Source of the DNA: an uncultured bacterium
Lineage (GTDB): Bacteria > Zixibacteria > MSB-5A5 > GN15 > FEB-12
NCBI GenBank assembly: GCA_963821635.1
Contig: CAWGEP010000004.1
Location: 318,654-382,653, forward strand
Length of the DNA stretch: 64,000 nt
Reading direction: 5' to 3'
Shown here: positions 32,708-43,361 of the stretch, in pieces
Layout: every line of letters starts with the position of its first letter
Position numbering within the stretch: position 1 is the stretch's first letter
Program-made: the position numbers and the translations under genes
The notes under the pieces: model-generated
What the model was told of the DNA's origin: nothing
Database searches by the model: none
What the model saw: the letters and a program-made list of their open reading frames with translations, nothing else

Positions 32708-34942
32708 TCAATAGTTCAGCAGATTCGCAAACAAGTGAATCGCTTCGATATTCAAATTGCTGATCATGTCAACCAGGGGGAGGCCGCAGTAGACAATCTC
32801 TCCCGTCCCTATCCTTGTGACTGACAACACGGTCGCGCCGGTAGGTGTGACATAGACATTCTCGGCCGGCGATACCACCGCCGAGGCAACTTTGCGGGAC
32901 GGCGCCAGCCCGGCGAAGAGCATATCGTCAGAAATGGCATATGGTTTCATCAGCAGGTTGCCGGCAGTTCCGCGATTCAAAAGGTCTTCCGGGCGGAGCG
33001 TCTCGGTCCCCGGACTGCAGGTAACCGGCAGCACTCCCTCCGGCCACTGCGACGGCTGGCCGAACAGCACCACCCGTCCCCCCCCTCTCACGAAATCCTC
33101 AAACCGCCCCTTCAGGTCCCTCAGACCAGGATAGGCGCGGAAAGCCCCGGCGCCAATCACAATCACATTGAAAGCGTCCAGATCGGAGGTGGTCAGGGCT
33201 CGTTCAGTTAAAGGCTGGAAGCCGGCATCGGTCATCCGCAGGATATCTTCGAGCGCGCCGGAGCTGTCGGGGAGGAATCCAATTTTGATAGTGTCGTCGA
33301 CGTGGCATGCCGCGATACGGATTATCCCGGTGTCGGAGGCCACCGTGCGGCCATTTACCGACAGCGAGATTTTGGCCTTCTGAATTCCCAGTTCGAACAG
33401 GTTGGATACGGTAAAGGGAATCCGGATCGACTCAAGGGACCTCCCTTTTTCGAGGCTTTTTTCGGTCTGATACGCACCCGCGAACATGCCGCGCGGCGTT
33501 TCAATTTTGATAACTACTTTCCCATAGAAATAAGTCGGCTTGGAGACAATTGCTCGCCAGCTCATGGAGGAAACCACCCGGTCAACCACCAGTTGGGCAA
33601 CCGGTGGGATGAATTTGAAATTCGGGGCGAATGTGACCGACAGGTCGGGGGACTGCCAGATCGGGACCGATGAATAGAGCGTGAACGGCATCTTGCCGTA
33701 CACGATATCGGCGGCAAACAGGAGCGACTCCGGCTTCTGGGCCTCCAGATGTTCCCGATCCACCGGCACGAGATACTCGCGAATGATCGACTGATGCGGC
33801 AGTACTTTCTTGACCGCGTTGTCCAGCATGACAGTCGTGGTATCCCAGTATGGTTTGAAGCGGACGGCGTCCAGTTCAACTTCGGCAGGACCATCGGCTC
33901 CGATCGACGCTCTGAACTTCACTTTAGGTCCCTCGGGAGAGTCACGCACGATGATCTCGCCATTCCAGTTTAGCCCGATCTCGTGGGTCACGGCGACCTG
34001 AAGCCGAGTGTTCAGATCGGCGAGATACGGCAGAAAGCGCGCGAGTTGGGAGAGACGAGGTTCGACCCGGCACTGCTCACTCAGAGTGGCGAGTTCCTTG
34101 TAACCGGTGAGCATGTAATCGGCCCGCTTTTTTCCAAACGAATTTTTGGCCAGGCTCAAGAATGACTCGTAATTGCGCGCTCTTTTGAGCAGCGCTTCTT
34201 TGAGCGGACCTTCGGGCAAGCTCGAATCGATAATGTGCGACAGGCGAATCATCGGGAGCCCGGAAACAAAGTCGACCTGCGGTTTCGAGCCGATCAGCCC
34301 GTTCCAGATCAAGTCGTAGCGCATCAGCAGTTCAGGGAGCTGTTTGGGGAGACTGTACCAAGAGAACAGTCTGGGGATCTCCTGTTCCATCCGCTCACGG
34401 TATTTCTGCGTTTGTTCGCGGGCGTTGAGATAGACCGCTCCGGGAGAGACTTTCTTTCCGACCAGACTGTCGTTCAACTCATAGACTTTGGCAAGTCCGT
34501 ATCCGGGTGCATCGTTGGTCAGAATCTTGGCCAGACCATAGACTGGATTCCCTTTGGTCAGAGCGCCGATTATCAGAATGTCGGATGGCCGGCCTTCGGT
34601 AAGATCATTGGCCACCGAATCAAACGGTTTCGCCCCGGTATCGGGAAGAGTGTACGTGCGAAGATTCAAGCCGACATCGGGTATCTGAATCAGGCTGTGC
34701 TCGTACACGGGGCCGCTGTTGAGAGTGACGAGGTCGATCCGCATGCCGTAGACATCGTTGAGATAATAGAGCGTAGGCCAGTCGATTGACTCGGGGTTGT
34801 CAAAAAGATAGAGGGCTCGAAGGTCACAGCTTGCGAATTGCAGCAGATCAGTGGCGTGCAAAGATACTCCTCCAAACAGGCAAAACGCCAGCAGGAGGAT
34901 CAGAAGGAGCCTCTGCGCAAGTGTTCTTTGGCCGGATTTCAT
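32708..34942 (-). CDS. Large secreted hypothetical protein with C-terminal class I glutamine amidotransferase-like domain
   Basis: Signal peptide; DLDAFNVIVIG..A....L....GRFEDFVRGGG; ends AIHLFANLL. Confidence 0.7.
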   Translation of the reverse strand: MKSGQRTLAQRLLLILLLAFCLFGGVSLHATDLLQFASCDLRALYLFDNPESIDWPTLYYLNDVYGMRIDLVTLNSGPVYEHSLIQIPDVGLNLRTYTLPDTGAKPFDSVANDLTEGRPSDILIIGALTKGNPVYGLAKILTNDAPGYGLAKVYELNDSLVGKKVSPGAVYLNAREQTQKYRERMEQEIPRLFSWYSLPKQLPELLMRYDLIWNGLIGSKPQVDFVSGLPMIRLSHIIDSSLPEGPLKEALLKRARNYESFLSLAKNSFGKKRADYMLTGYKELATLSEQCRVEPRLSQLARFLPYLADLNTRLQVAVTHEIGLNWNGEIIVRDSPEGPKVKFRASIGADGPAEVELDAVRFKPYWDTTTVMLDNAVKKVLPHQSIIREYLVPVDREHLEAQKPESLLFAADIVYGKMPFTLYSSVPIWQSPDLSVTFAPNFKFIPPVAQLVVDRVVSSMSWRAIVSKPTYFYGKVVIKIETPRGMFAGAYQTEKSLEKGRSLESIRIPFTVSNLFELGIQKAKISLSVNGRTVASDTGIIRIAACHVDDTIKIGFLPDSSGALEDILRMTDAGFQPLTERALTTSDLDAFNVIVIGAGAFRAYPGLRDLKGRFEDFVRGGGRVVLFGQPSQWPEGVLPVTCSPGTETLRPEDLLNRGTAGNLLMKPYAISDDMLFAGLAPSRKVASAVVSPAENVYVTPTGATVLSVTRIGTGEIVYCGLPLVDMISNLNIEAIHLFANLLNY

Positions 34943-35003
34943 GTCGGGAATATAGGAAGACGGTAAAACAGATGTCAAAATTGAACTGGGACCCTTAACG
35001 GAC

Positions 35004-35372
35004 CTATCGGCCGAGGATTTCTTCGTTTTCGAGCCGCCAGGCCGGGTCAACGAGGCACAGGAAAATGAGATCATCGGGGCCGACATTCTCAATCCACTGG
35101 ACCGAGTTCGGGGGAATATCGATGGCGTCCCCCGATACTACATTCTCGGATTCGTCTCCAATATGCATCGTGCCGATTCCCTGAAGGATGTAATAGACTT
35201 CATCCGTCTTCAGGCGATGCGGAACTGATTTCCCGCCGATTGGCAGGACGGCGTGAGCCAAAGAGTATCTGCCGGAGAACGCATAACCGCGATCCGGATG
35301 AAATAATTCCCGGAGTTTGGTGCCGTCCCCGGCGATGATCTCCGCGCATTCACTAAGCTTTCTGATACGCAT
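35004..35372 (-). CDS. Cupin-domain protein
   Basis: YSLAHA...PHRLKTDEVYYILQG.G. Confidence 0.88.
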   Translation of the reverse strand: MRIRKLSECAEIIAGDGTKLRELFHPDRGYAFSGRYSLAHAVLPIGGKSVPHRLKTDEVYYILQGIGTMHIGDESENVVSGDAIDIPPNSVQWIENVGPDDLIFLCLVDPAWRLENEEILGR

Positions 35373-35393
35373 CTCTGACTATCCCCTGCCCAC

Positions 35394-35417
35394 AAAAAAG
35401 CCCCGCCGGGCGGGGCC
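35394..35417 (-). terminator. Terminator after etfB
   Basis: Minus strand GGCCCCGCC-C-GGCGGGGC followed by TTTTTT. Confidence 0.7.
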
Positions 35418-35427
35418 TATTTTGACA

Positions 35428-36213
35428 TCAGATAATCTGATTCTCTCTGAGTTTCTTGAACAAATTGTCCGCGATCTCTTCGGGGGTGCCGCCGGCGATG
35501 AGTTCCCCTTTGGTCCGAGGGGGCGGAGAAGAAACTTTGACGGTCTTGGTCCCGGACTTGGCGCCGACGCCGTCGCCGTTTAGTCCAAGGTCCGCCGCCG
35601 ACCATTTGATAATCGTCTTCTTCTTGGCGCCCATCTTTCCCTTCAACGACGGGAGTCTCGGCTCATTGATTTCCTTCACCACCGAGAATACGGCCGGCAA
35701 TTGCACTTCGACAACATCATAACCTTCTTCCGTCGAACGGAACACCGTCACTTTGTCGGGGGCGACGGTCTCAAATTTCTTTACGAACAACGCCTGGGGC
35801 AAATCAAGATTAGCCGCAACCGCCGCCGGGACCTGGGCTGAATCAGAGTCAATCGCCTGTTTTCCGGCCAGAACGATATCAAAAGTGCCAAGTTTCTTGA
35901 GTCCGGCCGCGAGAATCTTGGCGATCGCTTGAGGATCAGAGCCGGTGAACAGGTCATCGCATAGAAGATAGGCGTCATCGACACCGAGCGCGAGGCAGTC
36001 CCGGAGGGCCGACTCGGCGCGATCGGAGCCAACCGTCATCACCAGGCAGGTGCCGCCATGTTTCTCTTTGATGCGAAGCCCCTCTTCGACTGCGTATTCA
36101 TCAAACGGATTGACGATTCCGGGGCCGGTCGGCAGCACGACCTGGTTGGCGGCTTCATCAACTTTGATGAGTGCGATTTCCGGAACCTGTTTTATGAGGA
36201 CGACAATATTCAT
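35428..36213 (-). CDS. etfB: Electron transfer flavoprotein beta subunit
   Basis: KQVP, NPFDEYAVEEG, GKQAIDSD, NEPRLPSLKG. Confidence 0.95.
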   Translation of the reverse strand: MNIVVLIKQVPEIALIKVDEAANQVVLPTGPGIVNPFDEYAVEEGLRIKEKHGGTCLVMTVGSDRAESALRDCLALGVDDAYLLCDDLFTGSDPQAIAKILAAGLKKLGTFDIVLAGKQAIDSDSAQVPAAVAANLDLPQALFVKKFETVAPDKVTVFRSTEEGYDVVEVQLPAVFSVVKEINEPRLPSLKGKMGAKKKTIIKWSAADLGLNGDGVGAKSGTKTVKVSSPPPRTKGELIAGGTPEEIADNLFKKLRENQII

Positions 36214-36331
36214 GCCCAACTTCCTTCTTGGCCCTTGCCGGACTATAACTTAGACGGCGAATATGATCTGATTGGGCGGAAATGTCAAGGGGGGATGAAT
36301 CGCGGAATGGCAGAAGAATTGGAGCTGAGAG

Positions 36332-37093
36332 CTACTTCCCGCCTGAGGCCGTGCTCTCCAGCACTTCCAGCGCTTTGCTCGCGGCGCGCTGCTCCGCTTC
36401 CTTCTTGGATGACCCCACTCCCTCAGCCACTTTGTTGCCGCTGATGGTTACGACCACATGGAAAGTTTTGTCATGATCCGGGCCATCTTCCAGAACGACA
36501 TCGTAGCGCGGCACCCCTTCCCCTTTGGACTGCATCAGTTCCAGCAAATCCCCCTTGTAATTTCTCTGGGATGAATCCGCGACTATCCGGTCTCTCTGGG
36601 TATAGATAAGGCGCAAGACAACATCCCGCGCGGCCTCAATGCCGCCATCGAGATAAACCGCTCCGATGACGGCCTCAAACGAATCCGAGATGATCGAGGC
36701 TCGTTCTCTTCCTCCGGCCCGGTCTTCATCGATTGATAACCTGATTTGCAAATTCAGTCCAAGGTCCTTGCCGATCGAAGCCAAGGTCGTCTCGTTGACC
36801 AGCATCGCCTTTGTCTTGGTGAGATCCCCTTCGCTTTCGCCCGGGTTATCAGCGAAGAGTTGGTGGGAAATCACCAACCCGAGGACCGAATCACCGAGGA
36901 ATTCGAGCCGTTCGTTGGAAGGGAGATCGTGGTTGGCGAATCGGGCGTAGGAGCGGTGCGTCAGGGCCAGGAGCAGCCCTAGTGGGTCGCGGAAATGGTA
37001 CCCTAAGATTTGCTGGGCGCGTTCGAGGCGCTCACGTTCGGATGATTCGACGCTGCGGGTAAAGACATTTCTGAGAGTGTTCCAAAGACTCAT
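36332..37093 (-). CDS. rnc: Ribonuclease III
   Basis: NERLEFLGD signature plus dsRBD. Confidence 0.97.
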   Translation of the reverse strand: MSLWNTLRNVFTRSVESSERERLERAQQILGYHFRDPLGLLLALTHRSYARFANHDLPSNERLEFLGDSVLGLVISHQLFADNPGESEGDLTKTKAMLVNETTLASIGKDLGLNLQIRLSIDEDRAGGRERASIISDSFEAVIGAVYLDGGIEAARDVVLRLIYTQRDRIVADSSQRNYKGDLLELMQSKGEGVPRYDVVLEDGPDHDKTFHVVVTISGNKVAEGVGSSKKEAEQRAASKALEVLESTASGGK

Positions 37094-38340
37094 CGACTCG
37101 GGCCGTTTAATTTGCCGACGGCTACCGTGACGTTGTGGCCGCCGAAACCGAAGGAATTCGACAAGGCGTAGTTGACCTCCCACTTCCGCTTTTGATTCGG
37201 AACGTAATCAAGATCACACTCCGGATCGGGATCGGTCAGATTAATGGTCGGATGGATCATTCCGGTCTCGATCGACTTGACCACCGCCACCAGCTCGGCG
37301 GCGCCGGCCGAGCCGAGCAAGTGTCCAGTCATCGATTTGGTGGAATTACACGGTATCTTGTACGCCTGTTCTCCCATGACCGCTTTGATCGCCTTGGTTT
37401 CGGCGACGTCACCAAGCCCGGTGGCGGTACCGTGAGTATTTATGTAGCTGATATCCTTAGGCGCAAGCCCGGCGTCGGCCATGGCAACCACCATCGCTCG
37501 GCGGGCGCCGATTCCTTCCGGGTGCGGCGCGGTGATATGGTAAGCGTCAGCGGTCATTCCGCCGCCTAGAATTTCGGCGTAGATTTTCGCTCCGCGCTTG
37601 ACAGCATGGTCATAGGATTCGAGGATAAGAATGGCGGAGCCTTCCCCCATGACGAATCCGTCGCGTCCTTTATCGAACGGGCGGGACGCTTTTTCCGGCT
37701 CATCGTTTCTAAGTGACATGGCCCGGGCCTGACAAAAACCGGCCATCGAGGTTTCGGTAATGGTCGCCTCGGCGCCACCCGTGAGCATCACGTCGGCTTC
37801 GCCACGCTGAATGATCCGAAACGAGTCCAGAATGGCATGGGCGGAACTGGCACAGGCCGAGACGGTCGCGTAATTCGGTCCGCGAAAGCCGAACCGGATT
37901 GAAACCAGCCCGGCGCACATGTCGATAATCATCATCGGGATGAAGAACGGCGACACCCTCCCCGGCCCGGAATTGACCAGAGTGGAGTGCTGCTGCTCGA
38001 ACGTGGAAATCCCTCCAATGCCGGAGCCGATTACCACCCCGCAGCGATCGAGGTCGATCCCCTGCAGGTCGAGGCCGGAATCCTTGACCGCCATCTCGCT
38101 GGCGACCAGGGCATACTGCTCCGCCAAATCCATGCGGCGAAGCTCTTTCTTCTCGATATAGGGGGAAGCGTCAAAGTTCTTGACTTCCCCCGCAATCTTG
38201 GTCGGATAATCATCGATCTTAAACCGGGTCACGGTCGCGACGCCGGACTTCCCGGCGAGGAGCGCGCTCCAATACTCCTCAACGGAGTTCCCCACGGGAG
38301 TGACCACTCCCATGCCGGTGACCACAGTTCTGACCTTCAT
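37090..38340 (-). CDS. fabF: Beta-ketoacyl-ACP synthase II
   Basis: SACASS, HGTAT, SNSFGFGGHN. Confidence 0.98.
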   Translation of the reverse strand: MKVRTVVTGMGVVTPVGNSVEEYWSALLAGKSGVATVTRFKIDDYPTKIAGEVKNFDASPYIEKKELRRMDLAEQYALVASEMAVKDSGLDLQGIDLDRCGVVIGSGIGGISTFEQQHSTLVNSGPGRVSPFFIPMMIIDMCAGLVSIRFGFRGPNYATVSACASSAHAILDSFRIIQRGEADVMLTGGAEATITETSMAGFCQARAMSLRNDEPEKASRPFDKGRDGFVMGEGSAILILESYDHAVKRGAKIYAEILGGGMTADAYHITAPHPEGIGARRAMVVAMADAGLAPKDISYINTHGTATGLGDVAETKAIKAVMGEQAYKIPCNSTKSMTGHLLGSAGAAELVAVVKSIETGMIHPTINLTDPDPECDLDYVPNQKRKWEVNYALSNSFGFGGHNVTVAVGKLNGPSR

Positions 38341-38381
38341 GCTGCTTTCCCTGCCGACCTAAACGATATTCGGGTGTGAGG

Positions 38382-38627
38382 TCAGTTGACCGCTTTTTTG
38401 GAATTCGACTTGATATACTCGATGGCGTCCCCGACGGAGGTGATCTTCTCGGCATCCTCGTCCGGGATTTCCAGCGAGAATTCCTCTTCGAGGGCCATCA
38501 CCAGCTCGACCGTGTCGAGCGAATCGGCCCCGAGATCTTCGACAAATTTCGCCTTCTCGGTGACCTGGGAAGGCTCCACACCAAGCTGATCGACAATAAT
38601 CTGCTTTACTTTTTCTTCTACTGACAT
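38382..38627 (-). CDS. acpP: Acyl carrier protein
   Basis: [12 protein letters not shown]. Confidence 0.99.
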   Translation of the reverse strand: MSVEEKVKQIIVDQLGVEPSQVTEKAKFVEDLGADSLDTVELVMALEEEFSLEIPDEDAEKITSVGDAIEYIKSNSKKAVN

Positions 38628-38664
38628 GAAAAATCTCCTCTTCTATCTTCTCTCTTTGCTTTCT

Positions 38665-39396
38665 TCACACAGTCAAACCGCCGTCAATCGCCAGCACCTG
38701 GCCGGTGATGTAGGAGGCGTCATCGGACGCCAGAAACAACACGGCCGAGGCCACATCGGCGGGCGTGCCGGGCCGATTAATCAGCACCCGGCCCAGGATA
38801 GCCTGGCGCGCCGCCTCCGGCATCTTGGCCGTCATTTCAGTCTCGATGAACCCGGGAGCCACCGCGTTGACGGTGATACCACGCGTGCAGAGTTCTTTCG
38901 CGGCGGATTTGGTTAATCCAATCAGCCCCGCTTTGGAAGCCGAGTAGTTGGCCTGTCCGACGTTTCCACTCAGTCCGATCACAGAGCTAATATTAACAAT
39001 GCGGCCGTACCGTTGCTTCATCATGATCCGGGCGGCCGCTTTGGTGACAAGAAACGCCCCTTTCAAATTGATGTCAAGCACCATGTCCCAGTCCTTCTCA
39101 TCCATTCGGATCATGAGCGTGTCCCGGGTGATTCCGGCATTATTGACCAAAATGTCGACACGGCCGAATTTTTCGACAGCTTTGTCAAACAGCGACTCGA
39201 CATCGCCGCTGTTCGTCACATCGGCTTTGAATCCCACCGCGCCGTTGCCGAGCGAAGATACCACTGTATCGATGGCTCCCTGATCGAGATCGCAGATCAC
39301 GATATTGGCGTGCCGGGCCGCGAAAGCTTCGGCAATAACCCGCCCAATGCCGCGCGCCGAACCGGTGATAATCGCCGTCTTATTTGCAAAATCCAT
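38665..39396 (-). CDS. fabG: 3-oxoacyl-ACP reductase
   Basis: TGSARGIG, NNAGITRD, YSASK. Confidence 0.97.
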   Translation of the reverse strand: MDFANKTAIITGSARGIGRVIAEAFAARHANIVICDLDQGAIDTVVSSLGNGAVGFKADVTNSGDVESLFDKAVEKFGRVDILVNNAGITRDTLMIRMDEKDWDMVLDINLKGAFLVTKAAARIMMKQRYGRIVNISSVIGLSGNVGQANYSASKAGLIGLTKSAAKELCTRGITVNAVAPGFIETEMTAKMPEAARQAILGRVLINRPGTPADVASAVLFLASDDASYITGQVLAIDGGLTV

Positions 39397-39409
39397 TTGA
39401 TTTATCGCC

Positions 39410-40342
39410 TTAGACTGAGACCGAAGCAAACGCCCGGACATCTTCGAGAGTATCCAGGTTGCTCATTTGCTCGAGATTCATTTCACGCTTGGCCATGCCT
39501 GTAAGCACTTTTCCGGGGCCAATTTCGAGAACCCGGGTCACGCCGGACTCCTTGAGATAGGCCATAGTCTGAGCCCATTTGACCGGCGAAATAACCTGCT
39601 CGGCCAACAGCCGCCGGATCTCTTCGGTAGTTGCGAAGGGACGGGCACTCACGTTGGCCACCACCGGCTTGCGCGGAGCAGAGAGTGTGACCGACCGCAG
39701 GAAATCCTTCAGTCCTTCCTGGGCCGGCTGCATCAACGGCGAATGAAAAGCGCCGCCGACTTCAAGCAGGATCGCCCGCTTGGCCCCGGCAGCTTTGGCC
39801 AGATCACATGCTTTGCTGACTCCGGCGACCGAGCCGGAGATAACCGTCTGTGAATTCGAATTGTAATTGGCCGGAACGACCACTCCTGATGCGGATGCTT
39901 CCTGGCACACGCGCTCCAACTGATCGTCGTTCAGTCCCATGATTGCCGCCATCGTCCCCGGATTAAGCTGGCAGGCCGACTCCATTAGTGTGGCCCGGCG
40001 AACGACTGCGGAGATAGCATCTTCAAACGAAATGGCTCCCGCGACCGCCAGCGCGCCGTACTCACCGAGCGAGTGACCGGCCGCATATTCAAACGGGGGA
40101 AGATCGCTGCCGAGAATCTGAAGCACTGCCAGGGAGTGAAGGAGAATCGCCGGCTGGGTGTAAATCGTTTTCTTGAGTTCGTCCGCCGGACCATTGAAGG
40201 AGAGCTGGGCGATATCTACGCGCAACAGGTCAGAGGCCAATTCATACAGCTCGCGGACCTCCGCCGAATCGTCGTAGAGATCCTTCCCCATCCCGACATA
40301 CTGGGACGCCTGTCCCGGAAAGAACAATACTGTTTTACCCAT
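39410..40342 (-). CDS. fabD: Malonyl-CoA-ACP transacylase
   Basis: FPGQ, GHSLGE, AFHS. Confidence 0.97.
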   Translation of the reverse strand: MGKTVLFFPGQASQYVGMGKDLYDDSAEVRELYELASDLLRVDIAQLSFNGPADELKKTIYTQPAILLHSLAVLQILGSDLPPFEYAAGHSLGEYGALAVAGAISFEDAISAVVRRATLMESACQLNPGTMAAIMGLNDDQLERVCQEASASGVVVPANYNSNSQTVISGSVAGVSKACDLAKAAGAKRAILLEVGGAFHSPLMQPAQEGLKDFLRSVTLSAPRKPVVANVSARPFATTEEIRRLLAEQVISPVKWAQTMAYLKESGVTRVLEIGPGKVLTGMAKREMNLEQMSNLDTLEDVRAFASVSV

Positions 40343-40346
40343 CACA

Positions 40347-41333
40347 TCACCATTTCACCAGGGCTGAAGACCAGAACAGTCCGCCGCCGAAAGCCACCAT
40401 CAGGACATAGTCTCCCGGCTTAATCCGGCCTTCGCGGTTGGCCTCGTCAAGTGCGAGCGGCACCGAGGCAGCGGATGTATTTCCATATTTATCAATATTC
40501 AGGAAGACCTTGTCCATACTCAGGCCCAGCCGCTTGATCAGGGACTCAATAATGCGAAGATTCGCCTGGTGCGGAACCACCAGCGAGATCTGGCTCGGTT
40601 CGATCCCGGCATCCTCGATCACTCTGAGCGCGGCGCGGCCCATCTCCTTCACGGCCACTTTGAACAGGTCTGATCCGTTCATGAACACCTTGTTGGAGCC
40701 GTCATATTCGTACTCGGAATTCAGCGGATACTTGGAACCGCCCCGTCGAATCCAGAGCATCTCCCGCATCCGGCCATCCGATTTCATAAAGGTCGAGACC
40801 AGCCCGTGGCCATCGGTGGAGGGCTCAACTATCACCGCCCCGGCCCCGTCTCCGAACAACACGTAAGTTCCCCGATCCCGTTTGTTGACGATCGAAGTCA
40901 AGTGCTCTGAGCCGATGACCAGGATCTTCTTATAGATGCCTGATTCAATGAATCCGCGGGCAACCGCCAGACTCCCCAGGAACCCTCCGCAGGCGGCGGC
41001 GATATCGAAGGCCGCCGCATTCACCAGACCGATCTTTTCCTGGACAACACAGGCGTTGGACGGAAGCAGGTAGTCGCCTGTGATCGTGCCGTCAATCACC
41101 AATTCGATGTCTTCCGGACCGCATCCGGCCATCTCCATCGCCTTGAGGCTCGCGGCGACGGCCATATCCGAATTGTTTTCGGTCACACAGAGCCGCCGCT
41201 CTTTGATGCCGGTGCGCGATGTAATCCATTCGTCGGAGGTATCTAAAATCTTTTCAAAGTCAGCGTTCGTCATCCGCGTCGGAGGCGTATACGACCCCGT
41301 TCCGGTTATCCTCGCGCTTATCTTTTGACCCAT
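40347..41333 (-). CDS. fabH: Beta-ketoacyl-ACP synthase III
   Basis: AACGGF, PHQANLRI, GNTSAAS. Confidence 0.97.
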   Translation of the reverse strand: MGQKISARITGTGSYTPPTRMTNADFEKILDTSDEWITSRTGIKERRLCVTENNSDMAVAASLKAMEMAGCGPEDIELVIDGTITGDYLLPSNACVVQEKIGLVNAAAFDIAAACGGFLGSLAVARGFIESGIYKKILVIGSEHLTSIVNKRDRGTYVLFGDGAGAVIVEPSTDGHGLVSTFMKSDGRMREMLWIRRGGSKYPLNSEYEYDGSNKVFMNGSDLFKVAVKEMGRAALRVIEDAGIEPSQISLVVPHQANLRIIESLIKRLGLSMDKVFLNIDKYGNTSAASVPLALDEANREGRIKPGDYVLMVAFGGGLFWSSALVKW

Positions 41334-42360
41334 TGTGTCGTCCAAAATGATTGGTTATAAGCTCGTCGTGAATCCGTTCCCGAACTTTCTTGACATGCAT
41401 GTCATGAGCGACCTTGATGGCATTGGTAATCGCCAGGGCGTTCGACGATCCATGGCAGATGATCACTACGCCGTTGACGCCCAGAAGCGGCGCTCCGCCA
41501 GCTTCCGCGTAATCAAGGGAACGTTTAATCCGTTTCAGGAATGGAAGCATCAAAAAAACGCCAAAGCGAGAGAAAATATTCGTGTCCACCTGGCGCTTGA
41601 TCCATCGGCCCAACATCGGCTGCACCGACTCGGCAAACTTTAGCAGGATGTTGCCGGTAAATCCATCTGTGACAGCGACGTCGGCCGCGCCCGATAAAAT
41701 GTCCCGCCCCTCGATATTCCCCACAAAGTTAATCTTAGAAGTTTTCAATAATTCCTGCGCCGCAAAGATCAGCTCATTCCCTTTGCTGCGTTCCTCGCCG
41801 ATTGAAAGAAGCCCCACCCGAGGCTTTTCATAGTTCAGGAGGATCTCGGTATAGACGGAACCCATCACGGCAAATTGAGAAAGATGATTGGGCTTGCAGG
41901 CGGCGTTGGCTCCGACATCCAACACGATCGTTGGCCGTCCCGTGCTGGTAGGGAAACTTGCGGCCAGGGCCGGGCGGCTGACCCCTTCGATGCGACCCAG
42001 TGTAAGGAGCGAAGTCGCCATAACCGCCCCGGTATTGCCGGGCGACACAAAGGCGTGAGCTGATCCGTCTTTGACCAGCCTGAGTCCCACCGACACCGAG
42101 CTGTCCCGCATTTTCACCCCGTCGGTCGCGGCGAGGTCCATAGAGACTTCCGATTCGGCATGCTGGACCGAAATATTCGACGGAACTACTTTAGCCGCGC
42201 CGAGCGTCTTTTCGATCTTCTCTTTACGGCCGACAAAGATGACGTGAAGTCCCTGGCCAAAGCGCACCGCGGCAGCCAGGCCGCCTTCAATGATAGCCTG
42301 CGGTCCGCCGTCTGCTCCCATGACATCGAGAGCGACGACACATGTTCCGTTTTGAGTCAT
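41260..42360 (-). CDS. plsX: Phosphate acyltransferase
   Basis: ALDVMGAD, GNTGA, DGFTGN, GGAPLLG. Confidence 0.97.
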   Translation of the reverse strand: MTQNGTCVVALDVMGADGGPQAIIEGGLAAAVRFGQGLHVIFVGRKEKIEKTLGAAKVVPSNISVQHAESEVSMDLAATDGVKMRDSSVSVGLRLVKDGSAHAFVSPGNTGAVMATSLLTLGRIEGVSRPALAASFPTSTGRPTIVLDVGANAACKPNHLSQFAVMGSVYTEILLNYEKPRVGLLSIGEERSKGNELIFAAQELLKTSKINFVGNIEGRDILSGAADVAVTDGFTGNILLKFAESVQPMLGRWIKRQVDTNIFSRFGVFLMLPFLKRIKRSLDYAEAGGAPLLGVNGVVIICHGSSNALAITNAIKVAHDMHVKKVRERIHDELITNHFGRHNGSKDKREDNRNGVVYASDADDER

Positions 42361-42413
42361 CTTAGATACAGCTGTCCCTTGCGCTTACTGTCAGAGCAGG
42401 TCAACGAAAGTGG

Positions 42414-42596
42414 TTACACTTCTTTTACGGCAACGACCTGCTGCCCGTCATAAAATCCGCAATGCGGGCAAATGTGGTGCGGGAGGCGAGACTGATGGCA
42501 GTGACCGCACTCGATGACGTTCGGAACCGCAATTTTCCAGCCGGTGCGGCGTTTCCGCCCGCGCGTTCGAGAGTGTCTTCGCTTTGGAAGTGGCAT
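42414..42596 (-). CDS. rpmF: 50S ribosomal protein L32
   Basis: MPLPKRRHS...CGHC...CPHCGFY. Confidence 0.97.
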   Translation of the reverse strand: MPLPKRRHSRTRGRKRRTGWKIAVPNVIECGHCHQSRLPHHICPHCGFYDGQQVVAVKEV

Positions 42597-42624
42597 GACC
42601 TATATTCCTTCTCTTACTAAATGA

Positions 42625-43143
42625 TCAGTTCTGCAACAGCCCCTTGAGGTCGTCCCAGCGGCCATCAGAGGTAGTACGAACACATTGACAGGTCCGTTCG
42701 TTTAAATTAATCCCGCAGACCGGGCAGAGTCCCTTGCACTCCTCGCGGCAGAGCGGCTTCAAGTCAACCGCCAGCACCAGCGCCTGTCGCACCATCTCGG
42801 TGACATCGGCCAAGGTGCCGTTGCCATGGGTATAGACGTAATCTTCACTATCCAGCGTCCCTAGCTCGGACGGTTTGGGGAGCACGTCTGACCGGATAAT
42901 GAAGTCCGTCGACTCGCTCAATTCAGTCTCAAACAATCCGGCACAGCGCGAACACATCATTTGGACCGAAGCTCCAGCCTTCCCCTGGCAGAAGTATTCG
43001 TCCCCGGACTTCTGGAGACTCAGTCTAAACGTCACCCGATCCACCCGGGTCACTGTATCTGCAAACGGGCCGATCTCCCCCGGTCTCGCCTCGAGTTCGA
43101 CCGTAACCGGGAAGTCTTCAAACTCCCGTAAGTCAATTACCAT
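42625..43143 (-). CDS. yceD: DUF177/YceD-family protein
   Basis: CSRC, LCREECKGLCPVCG; upstream of rpmF. Confidence 0.92.
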   Translation of the reverse strand: MVIDLREFEDFPVTVELEARPGEIGPFADTVTRVDRVTFRLSLQKSGDEYFCQGKAGASVQMMCSRCAGLFETELSESTDFIIRSDVLPKPSELGTLDSEDYVYTHGNGTLADVTEMVRQALVLAVDLKPLCREECKGLCPVCGINLNERTCQCVRTTSDGRWDDLKGLLQN

Positions 43144-43361
43144 AAACCGTTAAACTAACCTTCCGGCGCATGAAAGTCAAGCCGAATCGGACCATCAAAG
43201 ATCATACCCTTCAATGACTTATATGCAAAAACCGGATTTCCGCCGGTTTCTTTCCCTCCACGGTATCGCGGATGCACTCTGAAGTAATGTACTGTGCGTT
43301 CGAGCCGGTTGATGGCGCCTACATATCGACCGGTTGGGGCCGCTCCGGCCGACTTTCACAA

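Noticed and set aside
41260-41333. 74-nt plsX/fabH overlap
   Set aside because: Probably an unconserved PlsX tail or a small error; no sign of a function.
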